A DNA stretch of 64,000 nucleotides from Senegalimassilia sp. (GCA_963619015.1 CAVEUW010000003.1:2640-66639), one strand, 5' to 3'. Counted from the stretch's first letter, positions 20,926-31,131 are shown. Notes: generated from the letters alone by a model not told the origin. Made by a program: numbers and translations.

Positions 20926-21053
20926 TGCGTATCCGGCTAGACGTTCCCAAATAAGTTTTTTGGGAGTCCGCAGACTAGGCTGCATGAAGGACCGTCGTCG
21001 CGCCGGGTGGCCGATTGGCTCAACCGAAGCGGGAAAACCTGACCGCTTACGCA
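20926..21053 (+). ncRNA. Candidate structured non-coding RNA or long rpsT leader (family unassigned)
   Basis: Nested helices found by eye (see findings). TGnTATTCT extended -10 at 20910-20918 just upstream. G-U pairs favour the + strand. Confidence 0.5.
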
Positions 21054-21196
21054 CACTGCTTGCTATCTATACGCAAGATTTTCTGTGCGCCAATCAGTCA
21101 CCTGTGCACGTCAGTTCCTTTTACAGTTTATTTGCAAGCCGCTACGAAATGTAGGGTTGCTTCGCGCAACATAAACTAACGAAAAGGAGTTTCAAA

Positions 21197-21724
21197 ATGG
21201 CAAACATCAAAAGCCAGAAGAAGCGCATCATCACCAACGAAAAGTCCCGTCAGCGTAATCGCGCCTACAAATCGGAACTGAAGACTGCTGTCCGCGCAAC
21301 TCGCGAGGCTGTTGCTGCTGGCAACGCTGCAGAAGCTTACGCAAACGGTCTTACTGCATGCCGTCTGCTTGACAAGGCTGCTTCTAAGGGCATCATCCAC
21401 AAGAACCAGGCTGCTAACCGCAAGTCTGGCGTTATGGCACTGGTTAACACCATCGTCACCGACGAAGTACGCGCTGCTTACGTAAAGCCTGAAGCCAAGA
21501 AGGTTGAGACCAAGGGCAACAAGAAGGCTGCTGCTAAGGCTGCACGTAAAGAAGCTGCCAAGAAGGCCTCTGACGAAAAGGCAAAGCGCGCTGCAAAACA
21601 GCAGAAGGAAGAGGAAAAGGCAAAGGCAAAGAAGGCTGCTGAAGCCGCTGCTGCCGCTGAAGCCGAAGCCGCTGCTGCCGCAGAAGAGGCTGCTGAAGAA
21701 GCAAGCGAAGAGGCTGCAGAATAA
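21197..21724 (+). CDS. rpsT: 30S ribosomal protein S20 with long K/A/E-rich C-terminal extension
   Basis: [10 protein letters not shown]...[27 protein letters not shown]. Confidence 0.96.
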   Translation: MANIKSQKKRIITNEKSRQRNRAYKSELKTAVRATREAVAAGNAAEAYANGLTACRLLDKAASKGIIHKNQAANRKSGVMALVNTIVTDEVRAAYVKPEAKKVETKGNKKAAAKAARKEAAKKASDEKAKRAAKQQKEEEKAKAKKAAEAAAAAEAEAAAAAEEAAEEASEEAAE

Positions 21725-21750
21725 CACTTGTTTTAGCAAGAACCTACAAC

Positions 21751-21789
21751 AAGACGCCTTCGGAGTTTCCGAAGGCGTCTTTTATTTTG
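21751..21789 (+). terminator. Rho-independent terminator after rpsT (may also serve convergent holA)
   Basis: AAGACGCCTTCGGA-GTT-TCCGAAGGCGTCTT-TTATTTT. Confidence 0.88.
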
Positions 21790-21839
21790 TAAGTTTGAAA
21801 TGCAGTTATATCGATTGCATCCTCGGAAAATTGTTAGTC

Positions 21840-22856
21840 CTATTTTGCAGTAACAGATACTACCCATTCGAGAAATGCCACATTAGGATCTGTTCCGCTT
21901 TTCATAGCTTGTTCCGCATTGCGCGCAGAACTTAAAGCATAACGAAGTTCTGCAGAGGTAAAATTTTTGGCCCATCCAACATGCTTCTTAAAGGCCCATT
22001 CAGGACGAGGTTTAGGTGCGCCCTTACCCTTGGGTTTTTTCGCAATAGCCGTCATAGCACTAGCTATATTTGCAGGATTAGCATTTCCGCGTTTTGCTAA
22101 AGAGCGGACACAAATAAGTTCACGCAAACGTGTGGTACACATGGGCAGCAATGCATGCGGTGAAACCGATTTCATACGAGAAAGATACAAAATACAAGTT
22201 TTGGTATCTCGAGCCGCAAAAGCATCTACGAATTCCCATGGCTTTACTTCAGCCGTGCGACTTACCATCAAGCGAACCTCTTGATCGCTTACCGGCTGAG
22301 AATCACTATGAGCTATTGCGAGTTTTTCAACTTCCGCATTAAGATGCACAGTGTCTGACCCAACAAGTTCAACAAGTAATGCAGCAGCAGCTGGCGTAAA
22401 GGTAACCCCGTGAGAAACGGCCATATCGCGCACTAACGATGGTAGATCGCGCGCAGCAGGCGACGAACAGTCAATAACCGCTGATTTACCAAGCGCCGCA
22501 ACAGCCTTATACAGGCGAGTATTTTTCGCTAACTTCTCTGCAATAAGACACAGAACACTCGATTCGCACGGAGAAGCTAGATACGAAACTAATGCTTCCG
22601 AATCGTCTTTTAAAAGCTTGTCAGTATTGCGAACTTCTACAAGTCTGACAGGACTTGCAAATGGAACAGTGTTGCATGCGCTAACAATTGCAGCACCACT
22701 ACATTCACCAGAGGCATCAAAGACATCAGAATTAAATGATAAATCGCCCATTGACTCTAAGCGCGTGCGCAAACGCGAGACAACACGATCTCGTTTAAGG
22801 GCATCATCACCCACAACAAGATACACAGGAAGCAATTTGTTATTATCGTTAGCCAT
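21840..22856 (-). CDS. holA: DNA polymerase III delta subunit
   Basis: PVYLVVGDD, PFASPVRLV, EVEKL; comEC-holA-rpsT synteny. Confidence 0.88.
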   Translation of the reverse strand: MANDNNKLLPVYLVVGDDALKRDRVVSRLRTRLESMGDLSFNSDVFDASGECSGAAIVSACNTVPFASPVRLVEVRNTDKLLKDDSEALVSYLASPCESSVLCLIAEKLAKNTRLYKAVAALGKSAVIDCSSPAARDLPSLVRDMAVSHGVTFTPAAAALLVELVGSDTVHLNAEVEKLAIAHSDSQPVSDQEVRLMVSRTAEVKPWEFVDAFAARDTKTCILYLSRMKSVSPHALLPMCTTRLRELICVRSLAKRGNANPANIASAMTAIAKKPKGKGAPKPRPEWAFKKHVGWAKNFTSAELRYALSSARNAEQAMKSGTDPNVAFLEWVVSVTAK

Positions 22857-22865
22857 GCTTCTATT

Positions 22866-25244
22866 CTAACGTAGCGTTTGAACCGAAACACCCTGCGGGC
22901 TTAATTCACAAACAACATCACCCGAAATGTCGGTTCTTAGAATTGTTGCCCCAGCGCTTTCTAAAGCATCTAACGTTTTTGAATTTGGATGACCATACCT
23001 ATTGTTTTCACCAACTGAAAACAAAGCCAACTTTGGCTTAAGAATGTTTGCTTGTTCGGAGGTAATTGCGTTTTTGGAACCGTGGTGGCCAACTTTGTAT
23101 ATGTCAACCTGGTTAATATGGCCTGAGTCAATCAGTTCAGCTAACTGCTCTGTTTCTGCATCTCCAACCAAAAGCGCGGTGCCTTCCGGATTTTCATCAT
23201 TATCTACATCTGCTTGAGCAGCAAGACAAACACTGTCAGCATTACCCCCTTCATCGGTAAACTCATCTGGCCAGATACATGTCGCCTGCCACTTTCCAAT
23301 ATGAAGCGTATCTCCAACGGAAATGAATTGCATAGCATCTTCGCCGACCACTTGAACCGCACTGGCCTTTAAAGTGCCGCAGTTAGAACACGAGCATGAC
23401 CTAACGCCGTCACTGACTATTACCGAGGCCACCTCAACTACTCCCTTTAAGCTAGAAAGTGAACCCATATGGTCATCATCTGGATGCGTTATAAGTACAG
23501 CATCTAACTTATAAATTCCGTTTCGTGCAAGCGCCTCACGTAGTTTTGAATCTTGATTACCAGTGTCAATAAGCAAGGTCGAACCACAAGATTGAAGAAC
23601 AATTGCATCCCCTTGACCAACATCAAGCATGATGATTCTGGTAGTACTTGAATTAAGTATTCCAAATGCTACGAGCACCAAAACAATGGGCATTCCAGCA
23701 AGAACAACACTTGCCAGCCTTACTTTATGAGGCTTCGGCCAACACACCCACAGAAAGGCGCATAGAGCAAAGGAGAAACCAAGCGCACATCCTTCTGGTA
23801 TATCTACAGGAATTGACGCCCAAGGAACTGATGCGGTTACTTTTACGACCCAAGCTAGAAACCACCCTGCCCACGAGGCGGCATTACCTGCAATCAAAGA
23901 AATCTGCGGAAACGCTAACGAAATCGTTGTAGCCCCTAATCCTAGTGCACAAATCGGAGCAAACAGTGGTGCAGTAAGCACGTTTGCAAGTACTGCCACA
24001 CAGGGAAACTGAGAAAACAATGCAGCAGAAAATGGAGCTGCAACAACAGAAGAGGCAAAAGTGAGAGATATTGCGTCAGCTACAAACGCTGGACAGAAAG
24101 GTATAAGAAAATTAACCCATGACGAAAACAGCTTTCCAAACAAAACAATCCCAAGAGTCGATAAAGTAGAAAGCGCAAACGAAACCGAAATTGAAGCAGT
24201 TGCATCGAAACCTATCATTGCAATAATGCAAATACACAAGGCATTTAATGAAGAAGGTCGACGCTTTAATGCCCACGAATTGAGCCCCGCAATTGTCATA
24301 ATTGCTGCTCGCAAGGCTGAGGCAGGTATCGCAGTAAACACCAAGTAAGCAAGAACGAACAGTACTTGCAACGCGCAAGAAAAAGCACGCGGTGATCGTA
24401 GGGATTTTAGTAACCCAGCAATAAATGAAGTCACAAGACTTAAATGAGCTCCACTGACTGCAACAATATGAGCTAATCCACTAACCTGAAATGAACGATA
24501 AACCTCCTCGTCAAGGCTTCCTCGCCATCCACAAACAATGGCAGCACACACTCCACTATCACGCTTAGAAAAAGGTTCAAAAAATGAAATAGCCTGATTT
24601 CTGACCTGGGCAATTAGTCCAATAAGGCTAGTCTTGCTTGACGATTCAACGTTATAAGCTTTAAGACTACCAACCGCACCTGATCGCACAAAGGAAGCCT
24701 TTTGGGTATCTTTAGGGCTCGCAATAGTCCCCCATACCGTAAAGGAATCTCCGTAATGCATGGTTTCAGACTTTGAATCAAGTTGAATCCTGACACGAAA
24801 TATCTTGCCCTCTGATGCAACATCCGCTAAAACAGTCTGCCCAAAAGAACCCTGCTCGCCGTCGCTAACCGCAACACAATCCCACTTTGCAGCAACACCT
24901 TCTGCTTGGCATATATTGTTATTCCATACACAAAGTGAGACCGAAGCTAAACTAATTCCAAGAAGTAAACCAATAAGAAAAAGAACTCCGCAGATTACCT
25001 TCTTCTTTTTCCAGGCAAAGCAAAGAAAAAGTAGACCAAGTACCACACAAAGACCTGCCGCACACCAAAGATATCCAACGGGAATATCAACACATACAGT
25101 TAGAACCGCTGCGCACGCAGCCCAAAGGCCTATAGCAAAAAAGCCAATAGGAGGCAGACTTGGTCTTACCGCAGGTTTGTCCGAATCATTTATGACGTCA
25201 TCATCTGCACAAACAGCAAATGGAGCAGCAGCTATCCGACGCAT
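22866..25244 (-). CDS. comEC: DNA uptake channel ComEC/Rec2 (start uncertain)
   Basis: GLAHIVAVSGAH, SALRAAIM, LDVGQGD, THPDDDH, KVGHHGS, NRYGHP. Confidence 0.92.
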   Translation of the reverse strand: MRRIAAAPFAVCADDDVINDSDKPAVRPSLPPIGFFAIGLWAACAAVLTVCVDIPVGYLWCAAGLCVVLGLLFLCFAWKKKKVICGVLFLIGLLLGISLASVSLCVWNNNICQAEGVAAKWDCVAVSDGEQGSFGQTVLADVASEGKIFRVRIQLDSKSETMHYGDSFTVWGTIASPKDTQKASFVRSGAVGSLKAYNVESSSKTSLIGLIAQVRNQAISFFEPFSKRDSGVCAAIVCGWRGSLDEEVYRSFQVSGLAHIVAVSGAHLSLVTSFIAGLLKSLRSPRAFSCALQVLFVLAYLVFTAIPASALRAAIMTIAGLNSWALKRRPSSLNALCICIIAMIGFDATASISVSFALSTLSTLGIVLFGKLFSSWVNFLIPFCPAFVADAISLTFASSVVAAPFSAALFSQFPCVAVLANVLTAPLFAPICALGLGATTISLAFPQISLIAGNAASWAGWFLAWVVKVTASVPWASIPVDIPEGCALGFSFALCAFLWVCWPKPHKVRLASVVLAGMPIVLVLVAFGILNSSTTRIIMLDVGQGDAIVLQSCGSTLLIDTGNQDSKLREALARNGIYKLDAVLITHPDDDHMGSLSSLKGVVEVASVIVSDGVRSCSCSNCGTLKASAVQVVGEDAMQFISVGDTLHIGKWQATCIWPDEFTDEGGNADSVCLAAQADVDNDENPEGTALLVGDAETEQLAELIDSGHINQVDIYKVGHHGSKNAITSEQANILKPKLALFSVGENNRYGHPNSKTLDALESAGATILRTDISGDVVCELSPQGVSVQTLR

Positions 25245-25912
25245 ATACTTGCTTCAATTGCCGCAAATTTTTTGTCTCCAATACCGCTGACTCGTTTCAA
25301 GTCTTCAATGGTTTTATATGGTCCGTTTGCAGTTCGATCGTCTATGATTTTTTGAGCCATTGCGGGGCCTACCCCTTTTAGCGTTTGTAAATCCTCCGAA
25401 GTAGCTGTATTGATATTTACTTTCCCTGTTGCAGTTGCACTACTACTTGTCGCAGATGATGATTGCGATGTCGAAGAAGTAGAACTTGCGTCTTCATTTG
25501 TTACTTCCTGAACAGCGGGAACAATAATCTGCTCTCCATCTGTCACTTGACGAGCTAGATTAAGCGCATCGGCGTTCGCACCTTCGCTAAAACCCCCAGC
25601 AAGCGATATTGCCTGCTGTACCCTATCCCCTTCAGTAAGTTCATACAAACCGGGAGATATGACAGCACCCCCAACATGCACGTAAATTTTTTTTGGTTCG
25701 GTATTAGTAGATGCCTGCGACTCTTCGGCACGATTAGAAGTTTCAATACTAATTGTTGGTTGCGTTAAGGCCTTGATGACATTGCTTCCCAAAAGGACAA
25801 CAATCATAAGCACCGCAACCGTCGAACCAATAAGCACAGGAAGACGAAAGCCTCCCAAATGAAGCTTAGATCGAAGCGTTTCACTGTATCCGACAAAATC
25901 CAATTCCAACAA
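25232..25912 (-). CDS. comEA: Competence DNA receptor ComEA
   Basis: N-terminal TM, SLBB domain (VHVGGAVISPGLY), HhH motifs (KVNINTAT, LKGVG, VSGIG). Confidence 0.92.
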   Translation of the reverse strand: MLELDFVGYSETLRSKLHLGGFRLPVLIGSTVAVLMIVVLLGSNVIKALTQPTISIETSNRAEESQASTNTEPKKIYVHVGGAVISPGLYELTEGDRVQQAISLAGGFSEGANADALNLARQVTDGEQIIVPAVQEVTNEDASSTSSTSQSSSATSSSATATGKVNINTATSEDLQTLKGVGPAMAQKIIDDRTANGPYKTIEDLKRVSGIGDKKFAAIEASICVG

Positions 25913-26028
25913 CCCCTATCCATCTGGGTTGTAAGAATACAGACGCAATCTAGCACATAGCTTGCCGATACCTACAGAACGCTAGCACAAGTGCGGCAAA
26001 AACCTAGCATGCAAAACTAGTGGGAAAT

Positions 26029-26059
26029 AAAGAAAAACCTGCGTGTATTTACGCAGGTC
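26029..26059 (-). terminator. Rho-independent terminator after thiI
   Basis: ACCTGCGT-AAATAC-ACGCAGGT-TTTTCTTT on the minus strand. Confidence 0.82.
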
Positions 26060-26065
26060 AAAGAG

Positions 26066-27289
26066 CTAGTTATCAGATTTTCTAGACTTATTTCGTTTAA
26101 AGCCAGGACAGGTATATTCATGCAATTCTGCTAAATCAGCAATTTCGGGTACCCAGTCCGCTATAGGAAGCAGAGCCTCAGCCGCAAGCACATCTTCAAG
26201 CTTCGCATGCGTCTCGGGGCTTCTAGGCATAAACAGCGTGCAGCAATCAGGCGCATCCTGGGAACTAATCTCAAAGGTTCCTACCTGGTTTGCCATATCA
26301 ATAATCTCAAGCTTATCGGTACCAATTAGCGGCCTGAATACTGGCATGTCTACAGCAGCGTCAGTGCAACGGATATTATCGAGTGTTTGCGAAGCAACCT
26401 GTCCCAAGCTCTCGCCAGTCACAAGTGCTTTAGCGCCTTCACGCCGTGCGATTTCTTCAGCAACCTTAAACATGAGCCGGCGATACATGATTACACGCAA
26501 CTGCGGCGGAACAGTAAGCGATATTTCGCGTTGATAATCACCAAAAGGAACTACGAAAACACGCGCAATACAACCAGTCTTCTCAAGAATATGAGCGATA
26601 TCATCAACAAGATATTCAGACGCATCTGAGGTTTGCGGCCGCCCGGAAAAATGAACGCCAATGCAAACCGCACCACGGCGTGCCATACGCCAAGTAGCAA
26701 CAGGAGAATCAATACCACTCGAAAGCAGACTGACTACTTTGCCTGAAGACCCAACAGGTAACCCACCAACGCCACGAACACTACGTGCGTAGACATAAGC
26801 AGCGTTTTGAACAACCTCAACACCCACTTCAACGTCGGGCTGTTTCATCTGTACTTTTTTGTCAGGAAAAGCTTCGCACAGCGCTGCACCCACCAAACGA
26901 TTCAACTCCATAGAATTGATGTCAAAATCGGTATGGTTGCGGCGTGCTTGCACCTTAAAGCTGTAGAAGTCATCAGCTTCAGAAAGCGCTTCAATGGCTG
27001 CGGCATTCATTTCTTCAAGAATGCGATCACATTTGTAGCCAGAAGAAACGCGGGCTACGCCAGGAACCTTACGGATTGACTCGGCGCAGGCCTTTTCAGT
27101 TTCCCAATCAGTTCCCTCTTTCAAAAAGACGCATAAACGTCCCGAAATTCGGTGAATTGTGACAATGGGAAAATCAGAAAGAAGCACCTCAAGATTTTTC
27201 AAAAGACGCATTTCAAACGTTGAACGATTGTGTCCTTTGAGTCCAATTTCGTGATAATGGACAAGACAAATGCGCTGAAAAGTACTCAT
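26066..27289 (-). CDS. thiI: tRNA 4-thiouridine synthase ThiI (no rhodanese domain)
   Basis: YHEIGLKGHNR, THUMP domain, PP-loop LLSSGIDS, GESLGQVASQT, DCC. Confidence 0.93.
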   Translation of the reverse strand: MSTFQRICLVHYHEIGLKGHNRSTFEMRLLKNLEVLLSDFPIVTIHRISGRLCVFLKEGTDWETEKACAESIRKVPGVARVSSGYKCDRILEEMNAAAIEALSEADDFYSFKVQARRNHTDFDINSMELNRLVGAALCEAFPDKKVQMKQPDVEVGVEVVQNAAYVYARSVRGVGGLPVGSSGKVVSLLSSGIDSPVATWRMARRGAVCIGVHFSGRPQTSDASEYLVDDIAHILEKTGCIARVFVVPFGDYQREISLTVPPQLRVIMYRRLMFKVAEEIARREGAKALVTGESLGQVASQTLDNIRCTDAAVDMPVFRPLIGTDKLEIIDMANQVGTFEISSQDAPDCCTLFMPRSPETHAKLEDVLAAEALLPIADWVPEIADLAELHEYTCPGFKRNKSRKSDN

Positions 27290-27304
27290 GAGGTGCTAAA
27301 AATC

Positions 27305-27565
27305 CTAGTGGTTAGATGCGTCGATAGTTTCCGGATTATAGGAAACGTCGCCGCGAGCAATTTCAGAAAAAGCCATCGAAAGCGGCTTTTTGTCAACAGC
27401 CTTAGCAATTTCAACGGCAGACTGCAGCTGAATAGCACGGTCACGCTGACCGCGAATCATGTCATTGATGTCATGGGCACGCTTAGAGGCGAGCGAGCAC
27501 AACAGGAAACGGTCATTTTCCGTTTCGTTTAGCAGGTCGTTGATCCTCGGTTCAATAATGCTCAT
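27305..27565 (-). CDS. rpoZ: RNA polymerase omega subunit
   Basis: RFLLCSLASKRA...KPLSMAFSEI; follows gmk. Confidence 0.88.
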   Translation of the reverse strand: MSIIEPRINDLLNETENDRFLLCSLASKRAHDINDMIRGQRDRAIQLQSAVEIAKAVDKKPLSMAFSEIARGDVSYNPETIDASNH

Positions 27566-27571
27566 TTGGAA

Positions 27572-28144
27572 TTACCCTCGCGATTTCTCTGCTTGTTCGT
27601 TTACATATCCGACCAATGCATTTACAGCATCATCAAGATTGTCGTTCACAAGCTGTACATCATACTCCATTTTTTTGGAAAGCTCTACCTTTGCGGCAGC
27701 AAGACGTTTTTCTACCACATCTTCGGGTTCTGAGCCACGCCCACGCAGGCGCTGCTCTAACACCTCTAAAGAAGGAGGCTCGATAAAAATCAGATGAGCC
27801 TCAGGAAGAAGCTTTCGAACCTGGAAAGCGCCTTGCACGTCAATCTCTAAGATGACCTGCTTTCCGGCTTCCATGTGTTCAACAACGCTAGAAAGTGGCG
27901 TACCATAATAGTTGTCGCCATAAACAGCCCATTCAAGCAAGCCATTCGAATCAATAAGCTGTTTGAATTGTTCGACAGTTTTAAATTGATAATGAACGCC
28001 ATCTATTTCACCTGCGCGAGGCTTGCGCGTAGTTGCCGAAACAGAAACCCACGCATCAGGAACCTCTTGCACAAGTCGGGCCACCAGGGTACCTTTACCG
28101 GCCCCTGATGGCCCTGAGATGACAAATAAATTGCCGGAACGCAC
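27572..28144 (-). CDS. gmk: Guanylate kinase
   Basis: SGPSGAGKGT, TTRKPRAGE, YYGT, LEIDVQG. Confidence 0.97.
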   Translation of the reverse strand: MRSGNLFVISGPSGAGKGTLVARLVQEVPDAWVSVSATTRKPRAGEIDGVHYQFKTVEQFKQLIDSNGLLEWAVYGDNYYGTPLSSVVEHMEAGKQVILEIDVQGAFQVRKLLPEAHLIFIEPPSLEVLEQRLRGRGSEPEDVVEKRLAAAKVELSKKMEYDVQLVNDNLDDAVNALVGYVNEQAEKSRG

Positions 28145-28149
28145 AGTGT

Positions 28150-28458
28150 TTAGCCCAGACGCTCCAGAAGAGCCTTCTGCTGACGCTCGCCAAGACCGCG
28201 CAGGCGGCGGGATTCAGCGATCTGCAGTTCCTTCATGATCTTCTCAGCCTTGGCCTTGCCATAGCCAGGAAGGGTTTCGATGAGGGTGGAAACCTTCATG
28301 CGACCAACAATCGGGTCGTCCTTCATCTTGATGACCTGAGCCAGCGTGATTTTGCCGGTCTTCAGCTCTTCGCGAACCTGTGCGCGCTTAATGCGAGCAG
28401 CCTTTGCCTTTTCGAGTGCAGCCTGACGATCGGCAGCGCTAAGTTGAGGAATAGCCAT
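28150..28458 (-). CDS. mihF: Actinobacterial integration host factor (mIHF)
   Basis: RQAALEKAKAAR...LPGYGKAKA...RRLRGLGERQ. Confidence 0.93.
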   Translation of the reverse strand: MAIPQLSAADRQAALEKAKAARIKRAQVREELKTGKITLAQVIKMKDDPIVGRMKVSTLIETLPGYGKAKAEKIMKELQIAESRRLRGLGERQQKALLERLG

Positions 28459-28651
28459 GTTTGAACTCCTTTGTGTCTTTCACGGACTGTGAAAATACTA
28501 GCACGTCATCTGCGGTTTTGCGTGAAATATTTCGTAATTCGTCTTAAACTTTTTTCTAAATAGCCGCTGAACTGGGAAAACGTACTAATTCAACAACTGG
28601 TGAAAAGAGCAGTTATGACGGAAATGACACAAAATCGCAGGTAAATGACGA

Positions 28652-29380
28652 TTAGGAAAGCTCTTCAGCGATTGCCATAAAGGCCGCAGCGGGGTCAGCC
28701 GCTTGGGTAATCGGTCGGCCTACAACAATGTGAGAAGCACCATTTTCGAAAGCTTGCCTCGGCGTTGCAACGCGGCTTTGGTCACCCAACGCACTACCAG
28801 CAGGACGAACGCCAGGCGTAACAATATAGCCTTCAGGACCAAGGACGCTACGCAACATAGATGCCTCTTGAGGAGATGCAACAACACCTGAAATACCAGC
28901 ACGTTTAGCCTGTTCTGCAAGCACATTTACCTGGTCAGCCATAGAACGCGTCACACCGGTATCGGCAAGAGCAGCATCTGACATAGAAGTAAGCACAGTA
29001 ATACCAAGCGTAATAGGAACATCAAAGCCATATTCAGCCGCAGCACGTTCTGCACCCTTCTGAGCAGCGCTCATCATAGCAACGCCGCCTGTGGTATGCA
29101 TTGTCATCATGTCGGCACCACTTGCGCAGGCCGAATACGCGGCACCTTCAACCTGGTGCGGAATGTCATGAAATTTCAAATCAAGAAACACCTTAAAGCC
29201 GCGTTCTTTGAGCGCATAGACAATTGCTGGACCATTGGCATAAAAAAGCGTCATGCCAACCTTCATCCACTTAGCTTTGCCTTGTAGCTTATCTGCGATA
29301 TCAAAAGCCTCTTCGATACCACAGTCAATAGCGACAATAACGCGATCACGTGCAGGAATATCGTTGAAGTTTTCTAGCAT
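28652..29380 (-). CDS. pyrF: Orotidine-5'-phosphate decarboxylase
   Basis: FLDLKFHDIP, TVLTS, VTPGVR, VVGRPI. Confidence 0.96.
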   Translation of the reverse strand: MLENFNDIPARDRVIVAIDCGIEEAFDIADKLQGKAKWMKVGMTLFYANGPAIVYALKERGFKVFLDLKFHDIPHQVEGAAYSACASGADMMTMHTTGGVAMMSAAQKGAERAAAEYGFDVPITLGITVLTSMSDAALADTGVTRSMADQVNVLAEQAKRAGISGVVASPQEASMLRSVLGPEGYIVTPGVRPAGSALGDQSRVATPRQAFENGASHIVVGRPITQAADPAAAFMAIAEELS

Positions 29381-30327
29381 TTCAAAGCTCCTATCAGCTC
29401 GTTTACATCCTTTACACCATGGCGTTCACAATAAGTAGCAATTCCGTTTACTACCTTTATAGTGCTTTGCGGATCAACAAAGTTCGCAGTACCAACAGCC
29501 ACCGCAGTTGCACCAGCAAGCATAAATTCAACGGCATCTTGCCCTGTTGAAATGCCACCCATACCAAGAATAGGAATGTTGACAGCATTGTGGCATTGCC
29601 ACACGCAACGAAGAGCAACTGGCTTGACGGCGGGACCAGAAAAACCAGCAAGCGGACGAGCTGTTTTCGTACACTGACGTTCGGCGTCGATTGCCATTCC
29701 CATAAGGGTATTAATCATAGACAAGGCATCTGCACCAGCCGACTCAGCAGCACGCGCGATTTCGGTAATGTCAGTAACATTTGGCGTAAGTTTAACGATA
29801 AGCGGTCGAGTTGTTGCAGCGCGACACATACCGACAACCTTTTCGACGCTTTCAACATGAGTACCAATGGTCATGCCACCAGCATCAACATTAGGGCATG
29901 AGATATTTACCTCGTAAGCATCAACCGGTGCTGTTTCAAGCGCTTCAATAACGGATACATATTCGTCGAAACTATGACCTGATACGTTGACGATTGTGGT
30001 TGCTCCAACTTCTTTTAACCAAGTAAGCTCGTGTTCTTTCAAATGCGCAACACCAGGATTTTGTAACCCAATGGAATTCAACATGCCAGAGGCAACTTCA
30101 GCTATGCGCGGCGAAGGATTGCCTTCCCAGCCGTTAAGTGAAACTCCCTTAGTTGTAACAGCACCAAGGCTTGCAACGTCAACGAAATCGCTGTACTCAC
30201 GACCAGCGGCAAAGGTGCCAGAAGCTGTGGTAACAGGGTTTTTCATTTGCAAACCGCCAAGATTAACGGAAAGGTTAACCTGGGTAGAATTTGGCTTTGC
30301 CGGATTAAACTCGTGCAATTGAGCCAT
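29374..30327 (-). CDS. pyrD: Dihydroorotate dehydrogenase family 1B catalytic subunit
   Basis: ASGTF, NSIGLQNPG, NISCPN, KLTPNVT. Confidence 0.95.
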   Translation of the reverse strand: MAQLHEFNPAKPNSTQVNLSVNLGGLQMKNPVTTASGTFAAGREYSDFVDVASLGAVTTKGVSLNGWEGNPSPRIAEVASGMLNSIGLQNPGVAHLKEHELTWLKEVGATTIVNVSGHSFDEYVSVIEALETAPVDAYEVNISCPNVDAGGMTIGTHVESVEKVVGMCRAATTRPLIVKLTPNVTDITEIARAAESAGADALSMINTLMGMAIDAERQCTKTARPLAGFSGPAVKPVALRCVWQCHNAVNIPILGMGGISTGQDAVEFMLAGATAVAVGTANFVDPQSTIKVVNGIATYCERHGVKDVNELIGALKC

Positions 30328-31131
30328 TTACCACACCACCTTAGCTGCATCGAAGACTGGCCCGTCAACACATGAACGCTGCTTTCCGTCAACGGTATCT
30401 ACCACGCACGACAAGCAAGCACCAACACCGCAAGCCATACGCTTTTCCATTGAAATTTGACACGCTACTCCAGCTTCAGCAGCCTTACCAGCAACGATTT
30501 TCATAAGCGGTTCGGGACCACAACACACAACCAAATCATAGGGTTTACCTGCAATGCCCGTCTCAAGTGCTTCTTCAACAAGCGAAGTACAGAAACCCTT
30601 TCGGCCAAAGCTGCCGTCATCGGTCGCACATGCAGGTTCTTTTCCGACAACCTGAGTGTAACGTTCACGCGTAACCAAGGTATCAGCACTCGCAGCACCC
30701 AAAATCACATCAACAGAGACACCTGTTGAAACCAGCTTTTCACAGAACATGAACAAAGGCGCAGCACCAACGCCGCCACCAACAAGCAAAACACGCTCAC
30801 AGCCTTCTGGGAGCGTCCAGCCATGCCCAACAGGGCCGATAAGCTCAAGTTGGTCTGCAAGCCCGCAATGACTATCGATAATAGTTAAATGGTCTGAGCC
30901 AAAGCCAACCGTTTGATACAGAATATCAATTGTGCCAGCAGCAGAATCTGCTGCATATACCGAAAACGGGCGACGAAGGATATGCCCCTCCATTCCCGGG
31001 ATTTGCATATGCACGAATTGCCCAGGTTGCACGGTTTGAGCAATTTGAGGTGCCGCAAGCGTAATGATATAAAGCCTTGGACCTACCTGTTCATTCGAGA
31101 TAACTCGAACGTTTTCGTTCACAAGTGCCAT
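30328..31131 (-). CDS. pyrK: Dihydroorotate dehydrogenase electron transfer subunit
   Basis: RRPFS, GGGVGAAP, CGP, MACGVGACLSC...C.DGPVF [2Fe-2S] motif. Confidence 0.93.
   Translation of the reverse strand: MALVNENVRVISNEQVGPRLYIITLAAPQIAQTVQPGQFVHMQIPGMEGHILRRPFSVYAADSAAGTIDILYQTVGFGSDHLTIIDSHCGLADQLELIGPVGHGWTLPEGCERVLLVGGGVGAAPLFMFCEKLVSTGVSVDVILGAASADTLVTRERYTQVVGKEPACATDDGSFGRKGFCTSLVEEALETGIAGKPYDLVVCCGPEPLMKIVAGKAAEAGVACQISMEKRMACGVGACLSCVVDTVDGKQRSCVDGPVFDAAKVVW

Noticed and set aside
20970..21045. TPP, cobalamin or yybP-ykoY riboswitch for the structured RNA
   Set aside because: Partial look-alikes only: no CUGAGA (TPP), no GCCACUG B12 box, no GGGGAGUAG/GAGACC pair (yybP).
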